A DNA stretch of 64,000 nucleotides, taken from contig OX597824.1 in the NCBI GenBank assembly GCA_951406725.2, forward strand, positions 60,884,001 through 60,948,000. The letters are read 5' to 3'. This DNA comes from Octopus vulgaris. Taxonomy: Eukaryota. Position 1 is the stretch's first letter, and the number at the start of each line of letters is the position of its first letter. Made by a program: the position numbers and the translations under genes. Below, in pieces: positions 47,105 through 60,727 of this stretch. The notes below the pieces were generated by a model. That model saw only the letters and a list, made by a program, of their open reading frames with translations. It searched no databases and had not been told where the DNA came from.

Positions 47105-47785
47105 ATTGAAGGAGTACGGTTGGACAATTATTTATTATTCGCTACAATTGTTTCGACGCAACTTAGTGCAACTGTTTGCTTGCAAAATGACATCTAGTGT
47201 TTCCTCAGGCAATATACGAGTGTTGTCTGTCGTAGACTTCAAAGCCATCTTCGTCGTAGTTTGAATTTAGTAGCAGCTGATTGTCCCATGGTGTTTGCCA
47301 CGAGAGTGCGTTTGTCAGACTGTTATGAATGACTGGCTTTCATTTAAATGGCAGATATATATCAACATAGGTTTGTGTGGGAGAGTGTATGTGTGAGTCT
47401 CTGTGTGTGTATAGGTGTATATGTAGGCATATATACATAGGTTTGTATGGGAGAGCGCATATTTGAGTCTCTGTGTATGTGTGTATGTATAGCACCACTG
47501 AATACTAGTGGCAACCAACAATGAAGTACAGACCAGAGATACAAACACCATGGTCTATCAGCCGCTACTAAATTCAAACCACGACGAACAGAGAAGATAG
47601 CCTTGCATTCCACGATTTTAAACTAATGGAGACAACACTCACACATCGCCCGAGAAAACAAAGCTAGATCTCATTATGCAAACAAATAGTTGCATAAACA
47701 AATACCTGTGTTCTTGGAGATATACGTTGCGTCGAAATAATTGTTGTGAATAATAAATAAATGTCCAACCGTACTCTTTCTTGAT
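47105..47785. repeat. Inverted pair of Penelope-terminus-like repeats
   Basis: 47105-47230 is an imperfect reverse complement of about 47625-47785; the minus strand of the left arm has CTGAGGA...GAAACAATTGTA. Confidence 0.55.
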
Positions 47786-47842
47786 TCCAAGTTCTTCAGT
47801 CTACATACACACACTTACACATACACACACATATACACACAC

Positions 47843-47900
<58 letters not shown>

Positions 47901-48491
47901 GTATTTATATATGTATATATATATAGAGAGAGAGAGAAATAGATGGTAGATATATATACATATATTTATACATATATATACGTTTATATTTATATATATA
48001 TATATATATATATATGTCTGTATGGATGTAAATATGTATGCATGTGTGTTTGTGTATATATATATATATATATATATAGGCGCAGGAGTGGCTGTGTGGT
48101 AAGTAGCTTGTTTACCAACCACATGGTTCTGGGTTCAGTCCCACTGCGTGGCATCTTGGGTAAGTGTCTTCTACTATAGCCTCGACCGACCAAAGCCTTG
48201 TAAGTGGATTTGGTAGACGGAAACTGAAAGAAGCCCGTCGTATATATGTATATATATATATGCGTGTGTGTGTTTGTGTGTCTGTGTTTGTTCCCCTACC
48301 ATTGCTTGACAACCGATGCTGGTGTGTTTATGTCCCCGTTACTTAGCGGTTCGGAAAAAGAGACCGATAGAATAAGTACTGGGCTTACAAAAGAATAAGT
48401 CCCGGGGTCGAGTTGCTCGATTAAAGGCGGTGCTCCAGCATGGCCGCAGTCAAATGACTGAAACAAGTAAAAGAGTATATATATATATATA

Positions 48492-49560
48492 TTAGCTGTT
48501 GGACCCGGCGTTGCTCGTGTTTTCTGTGTTGAAGTTAAGCCCACCTCTAACCTTGTTTTGAAATCTCTTACGTTCCCCGTACCAACTATTACCCATTAAG
48601 ATGTTATGTCTGGTTTGGCAGGGATTTTTCCCGGTTAACGCTTTCGACATACTCCTATATATGAACCGTCTGAAATCGCAGTCAAACTTTTGTGTGTACC
48701 TCGATCCGTTGAGCGTGATGTTTGTTTATATCCCTCCCCTTAATGCTCTATTCTGTACAAAATTGATCAGCATGTCAAACTCCAGCAAAAAGTGTTAAGG
48801 TTATGTCATAAACTAGAATCCATGTGACTATTTACATGAATATATCCCATTGACTTTTAAATCCCAATACATTATATGAATAATCGACGTTTCATATGCC
48901 GAAGAGCTTAACTTTACTCATGGGTCTATTTTCGTCAAAATCTAAAATCCCCCTCTCACCCGCAACTCTTCATGCTGGCATCAACTAATGAACATAAACT
49001 GTAATCACGTGTAAAATTTCTGCAAAATCGAAAAGAATGTCTCCAAGGAAATGCTTTTTTGCATTTGTGCCCTTTTCAAGCCCCTTTGAATTAAATAAAC
49101 ACCACGAAATTTACCTACATTTCAAATTTCCTTAAAATCAGATAAAAAAATATATAAGTTACGGCCAAAAAGAAAATCCCTGATGTTATTTGCACGCAAA
49201 AAACCTATTGATTTTATAAATTGGTCTGGCGCAATTATCGAATTTTTGTCAATGCCATATACTAACATTAACTCGCTGCCATGAGTCTCGTCCACTCATC
49301 GATTTTCATCAAAATCGGACAAAAATGCAAAAGCTGCAGGAAAAATTAACATCGTTAAAGGAATTTCCATTCGAACGCCCGATAGAGCTCACAAAAATCG
49401 ATGCCAACTGAGCATTATCAAGTTTTCGAAAAATTCCATTTGAACTTCAGGGCATGTGATCTAACTATGAGCCAAAAATCATCGAAATGAGTTGGACGGA
49501 GCATGAGGAGTTAAGTGTAACCCCACACAGACAGACACCTTTACACATTTATACATATAT
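48492..49560 (-). mobile_element. Probable non-autonomous Helitron
   Basis: Minus strand ends ...cacgagcaacgccgggtccaacagCTAA|T, sharing gcaacgccgggt with the hairpin region of 22423-22789; the 5' end is degraded. Confidence 0.55.
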
Positions 49561-49660
49561 ATTTACATATGTATATAAAATACTTTATATATTCATATAC
49601 ATTATACAGTATTATATTTTAAATATACATAAATATACACACATATACACACACATATTT

Positions 49661-49694
<34 letters not shown>

Positions 49695-49798
49695 ATATAT
49701 ATATGAAATTTACTGAAAAGCAAAAGACGAAGACAGGATTATAAACAACAAGCATATATATATATATATATATATATGCATGTGTGAGTATGTACGTA

Positions 49799-49873
<75 letters not shown>

Positions 49874-50510
49874 GTGTATGTGTGTGAGTGTGAGCAAGGT
49901 GTGAGTGCGAGGACAGACAGAGACAGTGACATAATTGTAACTTACATACTCCAGAATTATGTCTCCTTATTGAAATAACGATTGCAAGAGACGAAAATGT
50001 ATTTCTAAAGGAATATGAGAATCTATCCAAATAAAATAGAAATAGGAACAGAAAATAGTCGAAATAATTATGTGTTTGGAAAAATTAAAACTTTAAAAAG
50101 AGATACCGGCCAATACCCAAACAACACCAGATCACACAAAAATATGGAAACGTTTACTGCTAGGCACTGGTCAAATAGCTGAGAGACTGAAATGGAAAAT
50201 CACGATAAAGACAAACAAACAAAAATACTGCATGCATCCAAGACTCAGGCAACGTTAACAACAGCAACATCAACAAAAACAGTAATAATAATAATGGTTT
50301 CAAATTCTGGCACAAGGCCAGCAATTTCAGAGGAGGGGCTAAGTCGATTGAACCAACCCCAGTGTTCAACTGGTACTTACTTTATCGATCCCGGAATGAT
50401 GAAAGGCAAAGTGGACCTCGGCGAATTTTGAACTCAGAACGTAACGACGGACGAAATACCGCTGAGCATTTCACGCAGCATGATAACGATTCTGCCAGCC
50501 CACCGCCATC

Positions 50511-50559
<49 letters not shown>

Positions 50560-51078
50560 TAGAGAATGAAGGATCCGAGTATCTAGGAGTGTTACTGAAT
50601 GATAAAGTAATGGAGAGAGAAATGAAAAAGCAAGTTCTGAAAGAGTGAAAGAGGACCAGGAATGTGTTAGAACGAAACTAAAGAGAGATAATATCAAATT
50701 AATGAATATAAGGGCGATGTCAGTATTGAGATATTCTGATCCGTTTTTTATGCAAGTGTAGACAGAGTTAGAGGAATTGCATAGATGGACTAGGAGCTGT
50801 TTGCCACGCATAACACGCACTAGCCTAAAAGTAATGTTACTAGGATTTATTTATCATGCATAAAAGAATAAAGCAGAGGTTTGTTAAATGCAACTGAAAC
50901 CATCTATGTTTTGAATTGAGAAGGAAGAATATTATGAGACCAGAAGTATCAAGGAAGTCACTGAAATCGTGAGAGAATTCAAGAATAGAAAGGAAGGATG
51001 ACAGCTGGAAAGACATAAAACCGATTCACGCAACAAACTGAGGGTGTTGAAGAAAGACCAGATACGATTGTAGATGAC

Positions 51079-51127
<49 letters not shown>

Positions 51128-52319
51128 ACACAAGAAAAAAAACTATGTAATAGTAGAGTTAATATAAATGAATTTCAGAAGTATCAAGACAGCAAGATAG
51201 ACGGGAAGACTTTATGGAACGAAAAGAAGAGTATTTCTCTTGTGGTAACTGGTCCGCATAGCACAACACTGAAACTGCTATCTAAGAGGCCTATATTGGA
51301 AGTGAGTCACGCATTGTCGACCTGTATTTTGCAACAACCTTAAGAAAGTGTCTAATGAAGACACTTATTGTCACCAAATGTCAAGATTAATATCTATACT
51401 AACTAAATTAGTATATTTGAACACTGAACGTTAATAATAATAATGATTTCTTAATGATAGTAATGATAATGGTTTCAAATTTTGACACATGTGGAGTGGT
51501 TACACAATTATATAAGCCACAGTACTGGACCTTAATTTATTGAGCTGATCTCAGAGTGATTTGAACTCGAGAATATAATAGAGCCAATCACATACTGCAA
51601 AGTATTTTTCCAACGGACTCACGATTCTTCCAATGCATCAATGTAACTTTACAAGCATTATCATCTGCAGCAGCAGTATCTGTTACAGTGACTGGCGGTG
51701 GCGGTGGTGGTAGTCGTAGTAGTAGTAGTAGAAGTTGCAGTTGTTTATTAGTAGCAGTATTAGTAATGATATGTTTTAACGCGATTTTCAGAAAACAGAG
51801 AAAGCTTGATATAAAGAAAAAGGAAACTTAAAGCGTCGCCGTTGAACTCTTTATTTATTTGCTGTGCGCGCGCATGTGTTTATACCTACGTGTGCATATC
51901 TTTTACCTATTTCACTTATTGGACCAGGGCCATATTGGGGTACCGGCATAGTTTTAGTCGGACGAATCGATCCCAGGGTTTGTTTTTAAAAGTTCAGTCG
52001 CGTTCTTTTTGCCGAGCAACAATTTCACAGGGACGTACACAAACTAACACCAGCTAAGCACAAACATATATATATGCGACAGGCTTCTTTCAGTTTCCGC
52101 CCACCAAATTTACTCACAAACTTTTGGTCGGTCGGTTGCCATAGTAGAAAACACCAGTCCAAGGTGCTGCGCAATGGGACTGATCTCGGAACCACGTAGT
52201 TGGAGAGTAAACTTGTCGGCAAAAACAGAGTACTTAATACCTGTGTACCCACAAGTGAAACCCAGAACAGAAAAAGACTTATTAGATCAAAATAAATTAC
52301 ATATATAATTTTTTTCAAA

Positions 52320-52977
52320 TCAGGAGTGGTTGTTTAGGAATTCTCTGTTACATCAAGCTAAAACATTTGCGCCAGCTTTTAAATCGTCAATGTGTTGCCG
52401 TCCGTCATGAAGAAGTTTTGAATGCTTGCCATGTTGAGTCTACTGTCGCGAGAAAGAATCACTCCGAAACTTGGTGTTTTGGAATTTTCTTTTACATCAA
52501 GTTCAAAATTTTGAGCTAGCCGTTAAACTACCAGAACGTTGCTGTCCGTCGTTAAGAAATACCAGCCATGGTGAGTCTACTATCCTCAGATTATATCCCT
52601 TCAAACTTTGGTTTCCAATATTTTTTCAATTTTTTTCAGCTCGCAAGTTCGTCTGTCCCTTTTAAATAGTAGTGTTTTGCTGTCCGCCCTGTAGCGGACA
52701 TTTCCGTTGTCACTGCCTGATATCTTTCAAAATATTTTCCTTCTCAACTTACTCAAGATCTTTTGTTCTTTATAAATGAGAGAGAGAGATAGAGAAAGAT
52801 AGAGAGTAAGAGAAAGCGAGGGAGAGTCCGAGAGAAAGGAAGAGTAAGGGAGTGGTAAAGTGAGAGAAAAGAGAGAGAAACAAAGAGGGAGTATGTGGCG
52901 ATAAGAAACAGAAAGGAAGCAACAGAAAGTAACAACCACACCCTCACCCGCGTGTAGAGCGGGTCGTCTTAAGCTAG
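52320..52977 (+). mobile_element. Non-autonomous Helitron present only in duplicate copy A
   Basis: A|TC start, 3' hairpin acccgc-gtgtaga-gcgggt, then CTAG|T; absent at the paralogous site near 61450-61480. Confidence 0.8.
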
Positions 52978-53700
52978 TCTACTATATAGTTAGTAATTTT
53001 GATTAGGTTACGAACCTTAATTCTAGTGAAAGCAAACAAATAAATTAACGTTTCAAAAAAAAAAAAAAAAAGATTTTATTAAATTACTTGGTGAAACAAT
53101 TGCGTGCATTCGTGTAGAGTGTCCATACAATAAACACGCTGGACTTTAGTTGATTCAAAGTCATCTCTAAAAAAACGACGGATTTTTCTCGATAGAATAT
53201 TGTGTTGGTCATTTTACTTCGAATATGAAAGTGCATTTTTATCGGAATTTTCTTTCTTTCACGGGAAAATGATATCAATTTACGGAAAACAATATAAAAT
53301 TCAGCGGAAGAAGACACAGTAAGTACCCTACTTCCATTTAACAGATAATGCTCCAAAATAGAAGTCGCCTTCCTTTGACATTTGATCAAGTGGTATTATC
53401 AATTTATTTATGTTAGTATATCAAGGGATATGTATTTCTTGCAACTAAATTTTCAGGTTTATTCCAAGCCTTTCCTCTGTTCATTTGAAATAAACGAAAT
53501 TATCCGTCGGTAGAGGTTAATATTATTTTAAGTGCAATTATGTTTTGTTATTAGCTTTTTTTTTTGTTAATATTTACAGAGTTTGTTTTTGTCAAAAGCT
53601 GACAAAATATTAAACAGGAAAAATCTTAAAAGTAGTTATATATGTTCAGTGATAAGAGCATGTACATATAGAAAGAGTGTTATACATATAACTATACTAC

Positions 53701-53769
53701 CATTTTCCTTTGGGGCCAAACTTTCAGATTTCTCCTTCTTTTCGTCAGATTGTGCAACATTCCCAGCAT
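53701..53769 (-). CDS. Candidate upstream exon, duplicate copy A
   Basis: Polypyrimidine tract + tttag|...aatg|gtagta, 69 nt, phase 1-1; xAGNVAQSDEKKEKSESLAPKEN. Confidence 0.6.
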
Positions 53770-53912
53770 CTAAATAAATAAAAGAGAAAAGAGAAAAGAA
53801 AACAGAGGAAAATAAACAAGCATGAAAGATTTTCATTAAGGTCCTCAATCAATATTGCACACAAAATATCAATGGAATCAAATTGATGTTCTTCATCAAA
53901 ACGATTCCTTAC

Positions 53913-53945
53913 ATTGGAACAACGCAGGTATTTCGTTGGGCGTTG
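53913..53945 (-). CDS. Candidate 33-nt micro-exon, copy A
   Basis: ctatag|...caat|gtaagg, phase 1-1; xTPNEIPALFQ; weak acceptor tract. Confidence 0.4.
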
Positions 53946-55091
53946 CTATAGTATATGACTAGTATTTATTTTCAATTGATCTAAGACACAAGGAAACCAG
54001 CTTAAATATGGCGGATATATTTGAAAGTTTACTTTTGCCATAACGAATAATATCAGGAAATATGACATACATTCAATAATTATGATTTAACTTTTACTAA
54101 CTTTCCTTTTACTTATACAAAATGATGAAATGATTACAAATTTCCAAAAGATTACGATTTGTTGCCTTAAAATCAAATCTTTTATCTTTTTCTTGTCAGT
54201 CATTAGACTGCGGCCATGCTGGAGCACCACCTTTAAGAAGTTTTAGTCGAATGAATCGATCCCAGGACTTACTTTTTTAAGACTGACACTTATTCTATCG
54301 GTGTCTTTTGCCGAACCGCTAAGTTACGAGGAGTTAAACAAACCAACACCGGTTGTCAAGCAGTGTTGAGTGACACACACGCACACACACATACGCACAC
54401 ATGCACAGGCACACACACGCGCGCACACATGTATATATACAACGGGCTTCTTTCAGTTTCCCTCTACCAAATGTACTTAGAATGCTTTGCTCGGCTCGGG
54501 CCTATAGTAGAAGACACTTGCCCAAGGTGCCACGCAGTGGGACTAAACCTGGAGCCATGTGGTTTGGAAGCAAGCTTCTTACCACACACTCACACCTGTT
54601 TATTTTCTAATTAAGAATCTTTTTAACTATTGCAATACTTTCACCATATTCTAGTTCTTTTGTGGAAAGAAATAAGCTCAAATAAGCGTCTTCTTCGCTT
54701 TCCTCCGGGGTAAGATCCTTTCGATTTTGTCTACTGGGACCATAAGGACATCGTTACAGGACATCGAAAGAATATAAGAATTTCTTAATTTCTCTCTTTA
54801 TTTTTCCTTTTTTCTTACCTTTCCTTTTTTTTTGGTGGGGTTCATTTAAATATATATTCTTTTTAAATTGCAAATATTATTTATGGCGGTAATAAATATA
54901 AATACATACAAAAATAAAAAAGCAAATTTACATGTTTACTTGACCCGTCTCATTAACCACTCCTTCTCCCACAAGCTTCAGTCTTCAGAATTCCTGTACT
55001 TAACCAAGTTTCTCATACACATCGGCTTGCGTATATCAGAACTAAACGTGAACTGTATATATCTGCCCAGTCTTAGAGGAGACACACGCAC

Positions 55092-55122
<31 letters not shown>

Positions 55123-55284
55123 AAAAAAAAAAATATGCGCACCAACACGTTTCCTACTCGGGTTCAGTCCCACTGCATGGTACCTTGGGCAAGTGTCTTC
55201 TACTATAGCCTCGGGCCGAGCAAAGCCTTGTGAGTGGATTTGGTAGACGGAAACTGAAAGAAGCCGATCGTATATATGTATATG

Positions 55285-55328
<44 letters not shown>

Positions 55329-55526
55329 TGTGTTTGTCCAACCCAACATCGCTTAACAACCGATGGTGGTGTGTTTACGTTCCCGTAACTTAGCGGTTCG
55401 GCCAAAGAATAAGTATTAGGCTTACAAAGAATAAGTCCTGGGGTCGATTTCCTCGACTAAAGGCGGTGCTCCAGCATGGCCGCAGTCAAATGACTGAAAC
55501 AAGTAAAAGAGTAAAGATATATCTAT

Positions 55527-55567
<41 letters not shown>

Positions 55568-56113
55568 TGTGTGTATATGTGTGTGTGTATGTGTGTGTGT
55601 GTATGTGTACATACATGCATACATACATACATCATCATCATCATCATCATCGTTTAACGTCCGTTCTCCATGCTAGCATGGGTTGGACGGTTCGACCGGG
55701 GATCTGGGAAGCCAGAAGGCTGCACCAGGCTCCAGTCTTATCTGGCAATGTTTCTACAGCTGGATGCCCTTCTAACATCCCCAATCATTAACAACATTAC
55801 AATATATTAAAAGTAGAGAACGGAATGGGCTAGTCAAAAGGAAACAAAGCATATTAAAAAAATAGCCGCTATGGCTCGTTACTAAAACAAATGAGTGGAT
55901 GTGACCTAAAAAGATATTTGGCGTCACATTGAAATGTGTCATTGAAAGACAATACAACGACAGAGATTCACTGCCAGTACATTCAGACATGTTGCGGCGT
56001 AGAAATACAATGTTTACTCACGGAAAATTGACATGTTTAATCTTAGTTCTTAATGTGAAGGAGTTTAGACTATCAACCTAATTTGTTGCCTGGCTTAACA
56101 TCACCGTTCGTAC

Positions 56114-56230
56114 CGTGGGTGTCTTCAGTAGTGCCGACTCTGTTGCAAGTTGATTTGCGAATACCTTAATCTCTCCTTCCCTCTCACAAGTCCCTGGAGC
56201 CTGTGGAATGGCAGAGTCACTGCCTTCCCT
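56114..56230 (-). CDS. Candidate upstream exon
   Basis: Strong acceptor tttttatcttttaatccag|, GC-richer than flanks; open in phase 0 as REGSDSAIPQAPGTCEREGEIKVFANQLATESALLKTPT|gtacga; donor and frame uncertain. Confidence 0.4.
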
Positions 56231-57589
56231 CTGGATTAAAAGATAAAAATATCAAGTAGAAATATCATGAAAATAGATATTTCTAAAATATTGAATGAAA
56301 TAATCTGATCCTTCTTAAGTTAATTGAATCAAATATATGAAGGCACGTGGCCATGTGGTTAGAGTTTCCGGCTAATAATCATAATGTCGAATGTTCAATT
56401 CTCGGATTGAGCGGTACGTTGTGTCCCTGGTGCAGGCAGTTCGTTTCACGTTGCTCCAATCTACTCAGCTCCAAATGAGCACCAACACTCGTCTGGTGCT
56501 CTTTATCTCCGTCTGTCTGTCTGTTTGTCTATCTGCCTGCCTGTCTATCTGTCTGTCTCTGTATGTCTGTCTGTCTCTGTCTGTCTGTCTGTCTCTCTCT
56601 CCCTCTCTCTCTCCAGCTGCTACATGCTAGATTTGCTGTTGGATCAAAGTGTGGGAGAATCGAAAGGATGTCTATGCTCGAGACTAAATAAACACTTTAA
56701 GCAATTAGTGAAAACAGTACATATTACCAAGTCATACACGTTTACGGGAGATGGTTGGCTTTAAGAATCAAACACAACAATCCTATATAGTGTTGTAATT
56801 GTGTTATGTGTTATATAGTGTTATATTCTTATGAAATTAATTACGGCGTGTGCAAAGATTCCCGTCACGCTCGATGCCAACAATAAAATTCAACGTATAT
56901 AATGATGAGGATATTTTCTAATGAGTTACGTGTGACAGTGGAACCCAAAAAAATCTTCAGGCATGTTTAAGGCATGTTTTAACAGAGAGCAGCTATGGAA
57001 ATTTAGTCGCAGATTTTAATAGCCATCGGTTATTCTTTTCATATGACTCAGCTTGTTTACTAAAAGCAACCTGAAATCAATTAATATTTTAATTTTGGTT
57101 TTTACTGGAATCTCTGTTCTGTCTAAAGATAAGAATCCTTTTCTACTCTAAGTACAAGGCCCGAATGTTGGGGGGGGGGCAGTACACAACTGGTACTTAA
57201 TTTATCGACCCTGAAAGGATGAAAGGCAAAGTCAACCTCGGCGAAATTTGAATTCATAACGTAAAGACACACGAAATACCGCCACACACACACACACACA
57301 CACATATAGGTTTATACATATCTTTGCGTATATGTATGTATGCATATATTATATATACGGAGTGATGCGTTGTGTTCTTAAGCAAGACTCTTCATTTCAG
57401 GTTGCTCCGCTCCACTCAGCTTGCAGAAATGAATGATCCTGCGATGGACAGGCGTCTCGTTCAGAGATGAATATATATATATATGCTCCAGTATCCAAGA
57501 AACCCGATCCAAGAAACCAACATCGGTTGTCAAGGGATGGTGGTGGGGACAAACACAGACACAAAGACGCACACATACCGTATATATAT

Positions 57590-58115
57590 CAACTCACGAC
57601 CATAGTAACAATGAGGCATGCAACAAAATTCATCAAATGCAAAGAGCAACACAAATCACTGAAAAGACTTCTCACAAATGCAAAGCTTTACACAACCACG
57701 AAACCAATGGTTAAAAAATGTGGACGCCCAAAATGTGGAACATGCCCCAACCTACTGGAAGGCTTGGAATTCCTCTTCAAACAAGGAGAGGGGTTCACAA
57801 CTAAAACCAACTTTCCTTGTGCTTCTGAGAATCTAATTAATATTATAACCTGTTCAGGTTGTGAACATAGCTATGTAGGACAGACACGTATGATACTGAG
57901 ACGGAGAACCAGACTACATAAGGAACAGATCCGGTTCTCGCAATACAGACAGATTCCTGTGAGTGAACACATAGAGAGATGTGCAGGTAATATCCAACCA
58001 AATTTCAGTTTTCACCGTCTACCAATGCAAAGAAACAATTTCTGTGCAAGAACGTTATAAAGAAAATTTGTTCATCGAAAAATACAGAACGCGTCTAAAT
58101 ATGGACGCATAACCA
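57590..58115 (+). mobile_element. Penelope-like GIY-YIG endonuclease 3' fragment
   Basis: KCGRPKCGTC...FPCASENLINIITCSGCEHSYVGQTRMILRRRTRLHKEQI...PVSEH. Confidence 0.9.
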
Positions 58116-58482
58116 ACTTTGGTCTCAGTATATATTTTCATTCATGATCACATACCCATCACTGTACATATTTAATCTCACTACTTTAGCTTTTGAGTTT
58201 TCGTATATATATTTATCTTCTCCCCGAAAGATGAGCAATTACTTCCCCTGTCCGCAATAATAACGATCACCAATTACCTCCCCTTAGGTTTTTCTACTTG
58301 TTGAATTATTCATTCACAAACTTCTCCACACACAACATGGACTAAATCTTCTAAGGAAAATACAAAAATACAATAACTTCAATGTCATGATAAGCGAAAT
58401 CAGTCGATAAACTTTTTGACTTATTAAATATATAAAAAATATTAAAACTATGTAAACTGTGTGTCTTTTGCTTCTTTTATTT

Positions 58483-58531
<49 letters not shown>

Positions 58532-58659
58532 ATATTGTTTTATTTCGGGATGGTGATTTTCTTTTTTTCTTTTTTGTCAAATAAACACACGTACTATATA
58601 TATATATGTTCTTCACTCGTTTATTACTATTCTTTTTTGTTATTTTAACTCCTGTCTAT

Positions 58660-58704
58660 TGTCCGGAAATCTTTCGTCACACATCTGTAACCTCCTCAGC
58701 GACA
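58660..58704 (-). ncRNA. Second hammerhead-like motif on the opposite arm of the palindrome
   Basis: Minus strand: tgtcg-CTGAGGA-g-gttaca(gatg)tgtgac-GAAA-gatt-TC-cggaca. Confidence 0.58.
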
Positions 58705-58780
58705 CTTTCGTTTTCGTGTGTGGTCTTGCTCCACTTACTCCATTCTCAAGTGGAGCAAGAGCACACACGAAAACGAAGAG

Positions 58781-58825
58781 TGTCGCTGAAGAGGTCACAG
58801 ATGTGTGACGAAAGATTTCCGGATA
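58781..58825 (+). ncRNA. Minimal type I hammerhead-ribozyme-like motif
   Basis: tgtcg-CTGAAGA-g-gtcaca(gatg)tgtgac-GAAA-gatt-TC-cggata; tiny stem III as in Penelope-associated hammerheads; one extra nucleotide before stem II. Confidence 0.6.
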
Positions 58826-58984
58826 ATGAACATGAGTTAAAATATGAACAGTAATAAACGAGTGAAGAACAAAAATATAGTGCGTGTGTTTATTTAGCTA
58901 AAAAGATCACCATCCTGAAATACAACAATATCTGTTTCAACGCACGATTTCACATCAGGAATCTTGCAAGACAAATTGATAAGC

Positions 58985-59327
58985 GTATGCTGAGATTCCC
59001 TTCGGTCATGACTGACCGTGGGATTGCACCTAGAAAGTTACCCTCCCAGATACAAGTCCGGGCAAGATTGTTTATGGAAGACCAGCAGTTGCCCATGCAT
59101 ACCGGCCTTCTCTCTCCACGCCACCAGTGTTATCCAAGGGAAAGGCAAAGGCCGATACAACTTGGCACCTGTGACGTCGCAACTCATTTCTACAACTGAG
59201 TGATAAAGAGCAACGTGAAATAAAGTATCTTGCTCAAGAACGCAACACGCAGCCCGGTCCGGGATTCGAACTCACAACCTCATGATCTTAAGCTCGACGC
59301 TCTAACCACTGAACCATGCGCCTTCAC
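58985..59327 (-). mobile_element. tRNA-derived SINE
   Basis: Minus-strand head gaaggcgcatggttcagtggttagagcg...gagttcgaatccc with A and B boxes. Confidence 0.75.
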
Positions 59328-59354
59328 AAGCGTATATATGTATAAATGTATGTA

Positions 59355-59385
<31 letters not shown>

Positions 59386-59433
59386 ATATATATGTATATA
59401 TATATGTGTGTGTGTGTGCGTGTGTGTGTATGC

Positions 59434-59466
<33 letters not shown>

Positions 59467-59583
59467 TGTATGTATGTATATAATGTATTGGTTCATGGTA
59501 TAACTCAACAAAGAGAGCACTCCATCTGGTGTGAGTCAAATATTTGTTTAATGACGAAGATATGTATTGTGATCTTTAAACAG

Positions 59584-59687
<104 letters not shown>

Positions 59688-60657
59688 CGCGTTTGTTTCT
59701 GTTTCCGCCTACTAAATACACTCACAAGTCTTTGGTCAACCCGAGGGTATAGTAGAAGGTATTTGCCCAAGACTGAACCCAGAATCACGTGGTTAGAAAA
59801 CAGGTTTCTTACCAGACAACCACGCCTGCGCCATATATATAGTATATATATAATATATATGTGTATGTATATATGTATTTATGTATGTACGTATGTATGT
59901 ATAATACGTAGGAAAAATATATGAGATAGTTGTAACTTTCATACTCCAGAATTATGTCACCATTAGAAAATCCTCACATATACAAAAATGACTGTAAAAG
60001 ATAGAATACATTTTCAAAAAATTACGCAGCGGCCATAATCTTGGGTATACCAATCCATAGAGACATGAAGATTAAAGCAAATCTGTCAGATATTGCCAAA
60101 GACAATAAGTGAAAGAAATGTCTCCTTATTGAAATAACGATTGCAAGAGACGAAAATGTATTTCTAAAGGAATATGAGAATCTATCCAAATAAAAGTATT
60201 TTAAAATTAAAATAATTAGAATTAGGAACAGAAAATAGTCGAAATAATTCTGTGTTTGGAAAAATTAAAACTTTAAAAAGAGATACCGGCAAATACCTAG
60301 ACAACACCAGATCACGCAAAAATATGGAAACGTTTACTGCTAGGCAGTGGTCAAATAGCTGAGAGACTGAAATGGAAAATCGTAATAAAAGCAAACAAAA
60401 ACACAGCATGCATCGAAAATTCATACAGCTGCAGTGATATTATGCAACATTAACAACAACAAAATCAGTAAAAACAGTAATAATAATAATAATGGTTTCA
60501 AATTCTGGCACAAGGCCAGCAATTTTGGGGCGGGGGTTAAGTCGAATTAATCGACTATCGATCTCGAAAGGCAAATTGGACAACGGCGTTATTTGAACTC
60601 AGAACGTAATGACAGACATTTCACCCGGCATGACAACGATTCTGCCAGCTCGCCGCT

Positions 60658-60727
<70 letters not shown>

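Larger units (their letters stand above)
49935..54600 (+). repeat. Segmental duplication, copy A
   Basis: Collinear with about 59930-63195: REL remnant, SINE C, (AAT)n, unique intronic sequence, exons, SINE B. Confidence 0.92.

Noticed and set aside
52025-52318. Signal-peptide-like ORF (IYVIYFDLISLFLFWVSLVGTQ)
   Set aside because: No ATG, and the paralogous copy has in-frame stops
53084-53389. ORF apparently conserved with 61711-61902
   Set aside because: The similarity is explained by the segmental duplication; no domain or splice evidence
54646-54730. Exon-like acidic stretch QNRKDLTPEESEEDAY... on the minus strand
   Set aside because: Weak splice sites, and it needs a phase-2 upstream partner I could not support
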